A stretch of DNA of 44,875 nucleotides. Source: Octopus bimaculoides. Taxonomy: Eukaryota. Shown here in pieces: positions 1 to 10,203 of the stretch. The stretch spans positions 61,723,597-61,768,471 of the forward strand of contig NC_068986.1 in NCBI RefSeq assembly GCF_001194135.2, written 5' to 3'. Numbering within the stretch: position 1 is the first letter of the stretch; each line of letters opens with the position of its first letter. Both the position numbers and the translations under genes were made by a program. The notes beneath the pieces are model-generated. The model was given only the letters and a program-made list of their open reading frames with translations, ran no database searches and was not told where the DNA came from.

Positions 1-936
1 CCCGACTTCCGGTCTGGCTTCACTTCTGTTTGCCTCACCTCTCTCCACCAACAACACACAGCTCATCACAGCCCATAACACCACAGTTTGCTTACAATAA
101 TCTTTTGGCTTTTTTGCAGTAAAGAGGTTACGAATAAAAAGGACATCCAACTGTAAAAACATATATCCAAATCATTTCATTCATAATGACACTGAAAATT
201 GGATGTGAAACAGTAAAAGAAAATTGATGTGAATCTTATCAACTTTTCCTTAGACATTGTATTGAAGTCATAAGCAGTACTTGTTATTATTCTTGTCTAT
301 CTAACTAGAAAGATATTTCTTTCCTAAGTCAAATACTAGTTTCTCACAGTTAAACTTCTAGACAAATATACATATTTTCTAGTTCATCAAACTAAAATAA
401 ATAGTGTTAAACACAACTTCTCCACATTGGGATATAAACTTCCATTTTGATATGTCAAGTATTAGTGATTTAAGTGATTAACACTGAAAACTGTGTTTCA
501 ATATAGAGATTCTAAGGAGTTAGTGAAACAATGTTAGTCAAGGATTGTACATTAACAAAACAGAAAATGTGAATTATAGATATGTCTCTTGCTGCTTACA
601 TTCATGAACTTAAAGTTTTTATGTAAATAACACATGATATCTATTTATAAGTAGGTGATTTTAGCTATTTAGCAGGAGTTTGACATCCTTTCAGCTTGTT
701 CAGCTGCAACTAGACCAGTCTTATGTAAAGTTTATGCTAGGAATTGTGCTCTCATAAATTAACTTGGTTTGAATTATTGCAAAACAGGAATGACATGCAG
801 CTCGCCTAACTCATGCTTGCATGAAAAACAACAGACTTAAAAACAAATAAATCCTTACAGTTCTATATTTAAGCGATGAGGAATTATGTACATTATATAC
901 ATTTGACGGATATTTGTCCTCATCTTGTTTGTTATT

Positions 937-982
937 AACACAACGTTTCGGCTGATGTACCCTCTAGCCTTCATTAGGTGTC
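937..982 (-). ncRNA. Degenerate minimal type-I hammerhead ribozyme (Penelope-type), left arm
   Basis: Minus strand reads GACAC-CTAATGA-A-GGCTAGAGGGTACATCAGCC-GAAAC-GTT-GTGTT. Stem I is GACAC/GTGTT, stem II GGCT/AGCC, and stem III is the loop-less palindrome ACGT. The core differs from CUGANGA at G5. Confidence 0.6.
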
Positions 983-1134
983 TTGGGGAAATTTCAAACC
1001 TGGGTTCTCATTCCTAAGGTATTTTCAATGTTGTTGTTGTTGTTATTATTATTATTCAGGTCACTACCTGGAATTGAACTCAGAATCTTGGGGTTAGTAG
1101 CCCGTGCTCTTAACCACTACGCCCACGAGCATAT

Positions 1135-1199
1135 GGCGTAGTGATTAAGAGCACGGGCTACTAACCCCAAGATTCTGAATTCGATTCCAGGCAGTGACC
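1135..1199 (+). other. tRNA-derived head with A- and B-box-like motifs (SINE-type, not a functional tRNA); inverted partner at 1059-1123 on the minus strand
   Basis: (T)GGCGTAGTGA A-box-like motif, GGG-CTACTAA-CCC anticodon-like arm, and GAATTCGATTCC B-box-like motif (GAGTTCAATTCC in the partner). No clean acceptor stem. Confidence 0.7.
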
Positions 1200-1255
1200 T
1201 GAATAATAATAACATCGAAAAACCTTAGGAGAACCCAGGTTCGAAATTTCCCCAA

Positions 1256-1301
1256 GACACCTAATAAAGGCTAGAGGGTATATCAGCTGAAACATTGTGT
1301 T
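1256..1301 (+). ncRNA. Degenerate minimal type-I hammerhead ribozyme, right arm (more decayed)
   Basis: GACAC-CTAATAA-A-GGCTAGAGGGTATATCAGCT-GAAAC-ATT-GTGTT. Same layout as the left arm, with G5>A, G8>A and stem III changes. Confidence 0.5.
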
Positions 1302-2001
1302 AACAACAAACAAGATGAGGACAAATATTCGTCAAATGTAAATAAATCCTTACTTGTCGTATACAATTCACACTGTTGTTGCTGTTTAGTCTTGAATCTG
1401 TCCTGATCACCGACCATCCCATATTTTGGTATGGCTGTACCATATTTTGGAATGACCATCCCATATTTTCGTGTGTCAGTGATTGCATTTTCAAATATAT
1501 TTTCTAGGATATAATTTTAGAGAAATTGTGCTACTATTTCTAACAGGTTAAGTGACCACATAAAGGTTGTCAACTTCAGTATATCTTACTGTCACTGACA
1601 ATGAAATTTGGAGTTAATACTCTGATAACACAATTATTACAAATACAGTAAAAATATGTAGATGTTTCCTGATCCCCAAGAAACTTTTGGTGGCCAATGT
1701 TCCAATATTTGTTTTTTCAATGCATTTATGTAAAATCAGGTAACATTCCCATATGATTTCATATTAATGCCTGACTGCTAAGTGAAGTGAAGCATGTAGA
1801 ATTAAGTCTGGTGGTTAGTCCAAAGGCACATCATTTCACCATTTTACTTCTACACATCTATGGTATTTGCATTCAATCTAATCATGATTTTTATTTAGCT
1901 ATCCAAATTTAGCTATTCAAATTTTTTTCCCCAAAATTTTTTCAATTGTTTTTTCACCCAGCTTTTATTTGAACAATATTTTTCATATTTTATATTTTCA
2001 G

Positions 2002-2170
2002 AAATGCACTTGGTCATAAAATCCTTGGTTACCCTGTTCACATTGATAGTCCCAAATATGCCCGCAATGCCCTTATATTCAATCTCTGCTTTGTTTTTGA
2101 CCAACAAACATGTACAACAGACTATGAACCTGTGGTTAAGAAACTTTCTGCTTACTTGACTCAGTTAGAG
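2002..2170 (+). CDS. NPRL2: NPRL2 coding exon (equivalent to human exon 3), longin-domain region containing the arginine finger
   Basis: Acceptor ttttcag (AG 2000-2001), donor GAG|gtagtg. 169 nt = 1 nt + 56 codons: NALGHKILGYPVHIDSPKYARNALIFNLCFVFDQQTCTTDYEPVVKKLSAYLTQLE. Aligns with human NPRL2 [56 protein letters not shown] (recalled sequence). Confidence 0.96.
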
Positions 2171-2659
2171 GTAGTGTATTAAATACTATATTCCTTTATT
2201 AATGTTTCTTTAAGCTTTTAAAAATATTGATTTTTATCTAAATATTTTATGATTACTACTGCCACTACTACTAGGGTGTTGAATTGATAGAATTGGTAGT
2301 GTGTTGAACAAAATGCCTTACAATATATGGTTACATCTCTTTATGGTTTGAGTTTAAATACTACCAGAATCAAGTTTGTCTTTGATGTTTCCAGGGTCAA
2401 TAAAATAATGTACCAGTCAAGTGCTGGGTCAATTTCATCAACCATACCTCGCCTCCACCAAAAAACATTTGTGATTCTGTGCCAATATTAGAAATCATTA
2501 TTATTGTTATTACTATTAGTTATGGGGAACTGAACTGGCTGAGCACCAAGCTTAACATGATACAGATTCTAGAAATTTTCCTCCAGAGTTGATAAAAATG
2601 AATACCAACCATGTTCTATACTGCTCTATAATTTATGATTTTGTACATCATCTTTTAAC

Positions 2660-2835
2660 ACCTATCTATGCTGGCATAGGTTGAATGGTTTGACAGAATC
2701 TGATAGGTCTGAGGACTGTATCATGCTCCAAAATCTGCTTTGGCATGGTTTTCTACAACTGGATGCTTTTCCTAATATCAACTACTTTACAATGTGTACT
2801 GGATGCTTTTTTTTCTTTTTTCATGGCACCAGCAC
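2660..2835 (-). repeat. RTE-LINE-type 3' tail repeat fragment
   Basis: Reverse complement of the tail motif (ttaggaagggcatccag...ccatgccagcatgga) that recurs at 12470-12596, 12920-13065, 22900-23042 and 26930-27095. Confidence 0.6.
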
Positions 2836-4255
2836 TAGCAAGTTCATGTCACTTGCAAAACTAAGATCCCTTTTGACGAAGTGGAGCCACAATAGAGAGG
2901 GAGATGGTTTTATGTTAGGTAATGAGAGGTTAGGATAGATTTCTTACTGTAGAAAAACTACATGGCTACTCACATTTTAGACCTAGGTGAGAATTCATTA
3001 TTAGGGTAATGGGTAAAAGAATCAGTACCAGGTTTGACATAATTAACTGTTCAAGAAAATTTGTACTGTGTGCGCAAGTTAGAAATCATCTATATTATTC
3101 TACTTGTTCCAATGAAATCATCTATATTATTCTACTTGTCCCAGCCTTAATTATTGAACAAAATCAAAAACATAATCAAAATCTTTAGCATAATAAAGCA
3201 AAGTTATGAAGATTTATAAACTTAAGCCTCAAAATAAGAACATTTATAAAAATAGAATTTACATAGATCCTGCTAGCTATCTTCATCTCTAGGATTAACT
3301 TCATTATTGGATATTTTTTAATGCCTGACATGATAAATATTGTGTATGAAAGCTGCCAACCATCTTAACCATCTATTTGAAGTAATTATGACATAAATAG
3401 ATTCTACAATGTTTAGTAGCATTGTATGCTATGCCTTATCAGTTTTTAATAGTAGAACTTTAACAGTAGTAATCCTTGATTGTCATGAATGAAAAACTTT
3501 GTCTGGATAGCAATTTCACAAATTCTTTATATTAAACGTAATAATTAATGCACAAGTGTCAACTTTGTATGATGGCCAAATATATTAATATCACTATAAT
3601 GTGAAAGAATTTTCGTTTGTTTCTTTTTTTTTTTTTATGGTGAGGTAGGGTTAATTTTTTAATATTTGTAATAAGAACTAAGGGAATATCATATCAGATA
3701 TTAAGTTCGGATCCATTGCAAATGTTTTGTTATTTAGCGCCTGTGTAGACATTCGATCTTTTTCTATAACTAGAATTACATTATCCAACATGTCTTACCT
3801 TTTTTAAGATGGATAGATGTGATTTGAGAATTCAGTTTTTATTTCTGATCAAGGGATTTTCTGCTTCTTGGTTGTACACCAATTCTATATTGCCTCAGTT
3901 TTGCAAATTTTTGGCAATACTTAACAGACCTTTTGAGAAAGGCTCAAATGAATTAATCATCCATTGATACATACCTCTGTATACAAAGAACTAATTGATT
4001 ACTTGACCTGCTAGAAAAACAACCAAATTTCGCTTTCTCTTTTGAATTATATTGACTGTTTTGGGTGTCTTTTTTAATTATATTAATTATTGTTCTGATT
4101 GTAACTTTTGAATTTAATTGTTTTGTTTTAAAGCTAACCAGTGATTACTTATCAGATTGAATCTAGTAACTGTTGACTATTTTAAAGTTTATTCAGTTAT
4201 TTATTTGATTTTCTGATTAATGAGTATAAATCTAATTTAATTTCTTTATATACAG

Positions 4256-4364
4256 CTTGAGAGTGGTTATTTATCAAATGAAGAATCAAGAAAAGAAATA
4301 CCAAAATTAATGCAAGATGTTCTTCAAGCTTTAAATACACATGGAATGTGTCATGTGCCAATGA
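4256..4364 (+). CDS. NPRL2: NPRL2 coding exon (human exon 4 equivalent)
   Basis: tttatatacag acceptor, A|gtaagt donor. 109 nt: LESGYLSNEESRKEIPKLMQDVLQALNTHGMCHVPM + 1 nt; matches human [36 protein letters not shown]. Phase agrees with both neighbouring exons. Confidence 0.95.
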
Positions 4365-5414
4365 GTAAGTGAGTAGTTTGTAAGTTCAAGTCTTCTGCAG
4401 GTATTTAACTATGTGATCTTAGTCCATGTACCTCTCAAGAATAAGTATCATATTACCTAGGAATATTACTTATTGTAGACTGACATCTTGCTCTAGGAGA
4501 GATTTATCTCTCATCTGTTGTACACTCTGGAACCAGAGCTAAGAATCAACTCCCAAATATAAGGGTCTCTGATCATAGATTTGCTCAATCAAGGCTGACT
4601 TGGTGCTAAACAACAGTACCAACCAGCTCACAAAAGGACCTTCCTAACTTAGAAGACATTTACTTTGTTATAGATACACTAATATATGGGTCAGATGTTT
4701 ATCACACACACATTAATGCATTGTTTGACTTTTCAGAATAAACAGCAGCTATTCTTCAGTCGTCAGTGCTAACAATTTCAGGGATTGAAAAAATATGAGT
4801 TATGACCTTTATGGTTTGCTCAAATGTGAAATAGTTACAATGAGAATCAAACCTGTCATTCACTAGGAGCTACTGCATTGCCTACAACCTCCAACATGTA
4901 AGTGTAAAGAATAAGTCAAACTCATCTCTCAAATTTTATTTTCTAGTAATGCGTCTTGAGAAATTTAGCATCTCAGGTTATACACAACTGACTGAAAGGA
5001 TTTCAACTCCATATTGCAATTTAACAAACACTCTTCAACTATACAATCTTCTCTCTACTTACAACTACTAGCTGTATTAACTATTTATGGTAACTCTTTC
5101 CTGCTAACCAACTGGGTCAAATTGAAAATGAAGGTGACCCTTCTATTGAGGGTTCAACTCCCTATCAACTTGGTCACATGCAGCTCTCTGTAAAAAATAT
5201 GAAAATACTAGCTCTGTTCAAGCAGACCTGTTATCAAAAGCACACTATCCATGATGCCTGCTTTTTAGCATTTCATTATTAAATGTATTTATTATTCATC
5301 CAGATGTGTCTAGTTTGAGGGATATTTGACTTCCATTTCCAGCAGGTTGAGAACCATGTAGTCTCCTCCATTAGCTCTTTTTATTTGCTTGTTTACTGAA
5401 GTTATCAACAGTAG

Positions 5415-6331
5415 TGTAACGACCGTGCGACCAGGAGATGGCGACGAGGAATGGCTCCTTTAGTGCATTGCACGGTTGACACAAATATAAAACAAAATGA
5501 AATGAGGTTAAATGAGTATAAGTGACAAGAAGGAAAAGAGAGAGACACAACCGGTAAAAGGTATAAGAGAAAAGTTTTATTGAATGTCAACTTGTATGTC
5601 TGTGTGTGTGTGTGACATAATAAACACAATATTAGACAGGCTGTCATATAAACAATATGTATGTGTGTGTGAAATATACAGAGCATAAAAAAGGACATTA
5701 GAAGAAAGTCCAGGCACAAGGATGGGAAATACCAGTTCGTATCCAATGGTACATTGTAGTTGAAGTGCTATACCAAGAAGTTGTGGCAACAAGGCAGAGC
5801 CGAAGAGTCACATGTCGTGAGAAGTTGAGGCTTCAATGTTGCGGCCGGTTACTTGGTACAGGAGTTCTTGCGGGTTGTATTCACTGTTAACCATGGTGAA
5901 ACATTTCACAAACAGCGTGACGAAAGCTGTGTTAGCGTTGCTGGTTGGTGTAGACACTGGTGGTGGCGACAAAGGAATTTGCAGTAAGCTATTGAACGAA
6001 CTTTGGGATTTCCATGAAGCGGTGTCGTGTCATCGCTGGAACTGGCTGTGCTCTGTGGTCAGTGGCTAGACCTCAGAAGGTCTAAAGCCGACTGACAACG
6101 GGACTAATGGAAAGCTAGATTTTATACCATACTATCAGCTCAACTGGGGTTCAGAAAAACTGACCCACATGACCTAATCTAAAGGTGGCGATTGGTTGGG
6201 TTGCACCGTACACACCAACCAATCAGCGTGGTGGACACAACAGGGTCCAAAGATGCGGCCGAAGGCTCGCTGTTATCCGCTACGTCCGCACTCATGTATA
6301 TATAACAGAGAGAGAGAGAAGCTTCGCTACA
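5415..6331 (-). mobile_element. Solo LTR (917 bp) with 4-bp TSD GTAG
   Basis: TGTAAC...CTACA termini with GTAG at 5411-5414 and 6332-6335. A minus-strand AATAAA at 5576-5581 suggests antisense orientation. Visibly richer in CpG than its flanks. Confidence 0.8.
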
Positions 6332-6639
6332 GTAGTTTTCAGAGCTGTTGTGAAGATAAGTTGCATGGTCAAAAGTTCAAATCTTACTACAGACAACTCT
6401 GTTTATTCTAGTTTGCCAAACATAAAACAGGCTCTGCTTTTAATTTATAGCCACATAGTTACTATTAGTAAAAACTCTTCATCTCTAAAACAATTACTTC
6501 CATGAAATTCACTCCAGTCATGTAAGCATGAGTAAATGGATGTAACAGCATGGACAACAAACGTTAAATGATGATCATGATGAATAATGATGAGTTTGTT
6601 TTTTTTTTTTAAATGTACTTTTTTTTTATATCATTATAG

Positions 6640-6770
6640 GCAAATCAACCACAATACATTTGAAAGTCACATCCCGGATTACAATGCCTCCTGCAGTTGC
6701 TGATCATGATGTGCCTATTTTAGTCAAAGACTCCGGTTCAATTTCTGAATGGGATCTTACTACAAAACAG
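6640..6770 (+). CDS. NPRL2: NPRL2 coding exon (human exon 5 equivalent)
   Basis: Poly-T/tcattatag acceptor, CAG|gtgaga donor. 131 nt: (S)KSTTIHLKVTSRITMPPAVADHDVPILVKDSGSISEWDLTTKQ; matches human SNTIHLKV...PPVAQEYDVPVF...QWDLTTQQ. Confidence 0.95.
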
Positions 6771-8510
6771 GTGAGATTGCACCAGTAATCTGTTTAAGAA
6801 TATAGAAGATTCTCAGATTTGTCCCTCTAAAATATTCCTTCTGAATGTTGGTGAAGATTATAGTGATGATGAATTTGATTTGCTAGGGTCACCAGAGTAA
6901 AGCAAGTCAGCCCTACTGAAACACCTCTCTCTCCAAGCAGTATTAACAGCACCTCAAATTAATGAAACACTTATCAGTTATAGAGTGTTCCCAGTGCTTA
7001 CAGTGCTTAGTTTTACATACTTATGGTATTTATTTGCATTTGGATAGACTGGGTCATTTCAAAGTTGTCTTGGTTATGGATATTTTTTATAGCTTCATCA
7101 GAAGGGCAACACCCATGACCCTTTTGCAGGGTGTCTAAAACAGATTAGGGAGGAAATAACCATGTGGCTCAGGGATTGCTGCAGTATGAAACAGAGTATT
7201 AAGGTGTCATGTTATCTGTCTTCAAACAGGATACCATGTCTAAATGCCTTTTGTAGTCCAACCTTTTTGCTAAAAAATTCAATATTCTGTTGACTTCAAC
7301 ATCCCTCACTCTAAATGGAAAGTGACAATTTCAAGTAATTGCATTGAATAATATTTGTTTCATTTTTATAGTTCAGTTGAAATAAAAATAAAAATCTGTT
7401 AAACCTAAGAAATGGTAGGACTTCTATCAATGTAACTTGTGATTTTTTTTTCTTTACATACACAGTTACTAATGTCATAGATTCAATGATGCTTATTAGT
7501 AATTAGGTCATTACTTTCTCTTTTTAGATGAAATAATTTGTAAAAGTGTACATTAAATTGATAAATTTATTATACATATATATTTTTGACTTCTTTTAGC
7601 TTTGGATAGCAAGTTTATAAAATTTGGAGAGTGACTGATTAAAGCTTTACTTTCATCAAGGGTCAAATCTTATAGAAGTCCTTTGTTTTTCATTGAAGTG
7701 TTGGTAAAATAACTACGAGTAATATAATATAGTTTATCAACATAAATTGGCTTTGTGATTAAATCAAAAGAAATTCATTTGCAAATTTTTTGGTTATATT
7801 TTTGGGCACCAATGTCTGTCATCATCCTCATTATCATCTCTATGCCTTGTTTTTCAGGGCTTGTTAATTTTTTAGAATGAAATTTTAAAAATTCCCTGAC
7901 AATTTATTTATTTAGATGATTTTCAGATTTTTATATTTTGAACATTGGAGATTCAAAATCTGCAAATTTGTTTCAAATTTTTTTTTTTTTTAATTCAGGA
8001 ATGACTAGGGTTAAGGGATTTACAGCTGCAGTACATTTTTGTTTTGATTTGTTTGGAGGTGTTTTTTTGTTTTGCTTTTATATCAATAAACTTATTCCGT
8101 TTGTCTTTTAAAGTGTGTAAATATATTTTGTTGGCATATATGATCACATTTTCCTCCTTATTTGAAACTGAAACTACAGCGTTTTAAATTTTCTGAAAGT
8201 ATGGCATAGAAGGCGGACGTTGAATGATGATGAAAGCAATTAGATATATTTATATTCTTCAAAAGCAAATGAAATATCTTTATATATATTTAACCACTGC
8301 AACTGGAAATCCCCCAACCCTAATCATAAAAAGATTTTTAATGCAATTTATTTTGTATGATAGAATTTTAATCTGCCCAAAAATTCAAAGACCATTTTAA
8401 AGGGGAAATAAAAGTGGATGGTAAAACATGTATTCTAAAATGAATAACATATGTTCCAATATTTTCCTCTATGGTTATAAGGCTCAACTGGATTTGCCAT
8501 AAAATATATT

Positions 8511-8967
8511 NNNNNNNNNNNNNNNNNNNNNNNNNNNNNNNNNNNNNNNNNNNNNNNNNNNNNNNNNNNNNNNNNNNNNNNNNNNNNNNNNNNNNNNNNN
8601 NNNNNNNNNNNNNNNNNNNNNNNNNNNNNNNNNNNNNNNNNNNNNNNNNNNNNNNNNNNNNNNNNNNNNNNNNNNNNNNNNNNNNNNNNNNNNNNNNNNN
8701 NNNNNNNNNNNNNNNNNNNNNNNNNNNNNNNNNNNNNNNNNNNNNNNNNNNNNNNNNNNNNNNNNNNNNNNNNNNNNNNNNNNNNNNNNNNNNNNNNNNN
8801 NNNNNNNNNNNNNNNNNNNNNNNNNNNNNNNNNNNNNNNNNNNNNNNNNNNNNNNNNNNNNNNNNNNNNNNNNNNNNNNNNNNNNNNNNNNNNNNNNNNN
8901 NNNNNNNNNNNNNNNNNNNNNNNNNNNNNNNNNNNNNNNNNNNNNNNNNNNNNNNNNNNNNNNNNNN
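8511..8967. other. Assembly gap (457 N), probably containing NPRL2 exon 6
   Basis: N run; see findings for the phase argument. Confidence 0.95.
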
Positions 8968-9755
8968 ATGTCCAAATTTGTATGTTTACATATTTTGGGG
9001 GCTAGAAAATTTTAGAATTTGACTTCATTTTAATACTGACCAACCATAAAGTAAGAAAAAAATTGTTGTTGTTTAGCCTAGATGAGCCCTAGTTGAGCAA
9101 AATTACCATTTCATCAGTTTTAGTGGTCTGTGTTATTTCCTTATTATAGACAGTAGGGTGGCATCTGAGGGAGATTAGGCTGATTTTTCTAGCAGGCTGA
9201 ATCATCACATAGGTGCTCCCTTGTTGGCTTGTGAAGTAAGTTGATGTTGTTTATCTCCAGGTTATCTGTGATGGAGATCTCTGATCAAAAGCATTCCAGC
9301 TGTAGCATCCCATCGTTTTCTTTATCTGTAGACCTAGATTATCCAACATCTCCACTTTAAAACAGTAAGATGTTATTTAAGGGAAATTTAAATGCTATTT
9401 CTAATAGATTGAGTAACCAGTTAGAGGCTCCTTCATTGGCTAGTTTAAATGTAGGTGTAGGCTGTTGGTGCACTAATTTTTAAGTACTAATTATTAATGA
9501 CATCACTTTTTCTCTGATACCTACATTTTAATTTTTTTTTTTTTTTGCTGTAATTTTGATAACTTTTCCATTTACTAATATATGGTTGGTCATTATTTCT
9601 ATTCAGAAAATAAATTATATTTAAAAGAAATCATTATTTAAGCCATAATGAATTCAGTTACAATAATTAATATTATTGAGCTTATTATGGTTTAAATTAT
9701 GGCACAGTGTTAGAAATCATCATCATTATTTGTTATATTTCTTTCTTTTAAACAG

Positions 9756-9792
9756 ACATTATGGAGTCATAAAATTAATTTCCATATTCCAG
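9756..9792 (+). CDS. NPRL2: NPRL2 37-nt coding exon (human exon 7 equivalent)
   Basis: ctttcttttaaacag acceptor, CAG|gtaaaa donor. 1 nt + HYGVIKLISIFQ, versus human YYGVVTLVSILQ. Confidence 0.92.
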
Positions 9793-10203
9793 GTAAAATG
9801 TCTTTTTTTTACATTTATCTTACATTACTTGGTTTATTTGCTGTGATTTAAAAGGTTGTTATAATCAGTAGTTGGACAGTAAATTGGTAGCACCATATTA
9901 AATACCTTACTATACTTATAAGTATAGTTTCTACATTCTGAGTTCACTTTCTGTTTAACATCAACTTTGTCTTCATCTCTCCAGAGTTGCTAAATTAAGT
10001 ACAAGGAATATACCAGGACTTAGTTAAATTCTTTTAAAATTATACACCCTCTTTTGCAGAAATTGGCCTTGCACCTTGTCAAAAATAATGTTCAGACAAC
10101 TGCAAATGTAGACACTGTTGGTTAGAGATAAGCTTTGTGTGAGTTGGGTCTGTCACCTGAACTCTTGATGCCAAATTATAGCTGTTTTACTTCATTTATA
10201 TCA

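Larger units (their letters stand above)
856..1345. mobile_element. Fold-back retroelement: two divergent arms, each with a tRNA-like head and a Penelope-like tail carrying a degenerate hammerhead
   Basis: Arms 856-1123 and 1135-1345 are inverted copies over ~210 nt around an 11-nt spacer. The element is flanked by the 14-bp direct repeat AAATAAATCCTTAC (845-858, 1340-1353). Confidence 0.8.

Noticed and set aside
1059-1199. Two tRNA genes (anticodon-like loop CTACTAA)
   Set aside because: No proper acceptor stem, an imperfect anticodon stem and embedding in a repeat with a TSD; these are SINE-type heads.
1-2001. NPRL2 exons 1-2
   Set aside because: No segment encoding EFHPTLGPKI or FDTVQVYIITKP-like peptides found; they are presumably upstream of the window.
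3082-3139. Short tandem duplications (3082-3139, 29879-29930, 43118-43198, 25849-25874)
   Set aside because: Ordinary 12-30-bp slippage duplications in intronic or TE sequence, with no further structure.
7981-8035. Strong acceptor (poly-T...ttcag at 7998) as the missing NPRL2 exon 6
   Set aside because: In the required phase 0 it reads GAA TGA (immediate stop) and has no similarity to ILPYIDG.
8471-9022. Long ORFs at 8471-9022, 8484-8975, 13595-13864, 16895-18085 and 43507-44209
   Set aside because: Their length comes from N runs translated as X. Only the integrase part of 16895-18085 and the Tc1 start at 13586 are real TE sequence.
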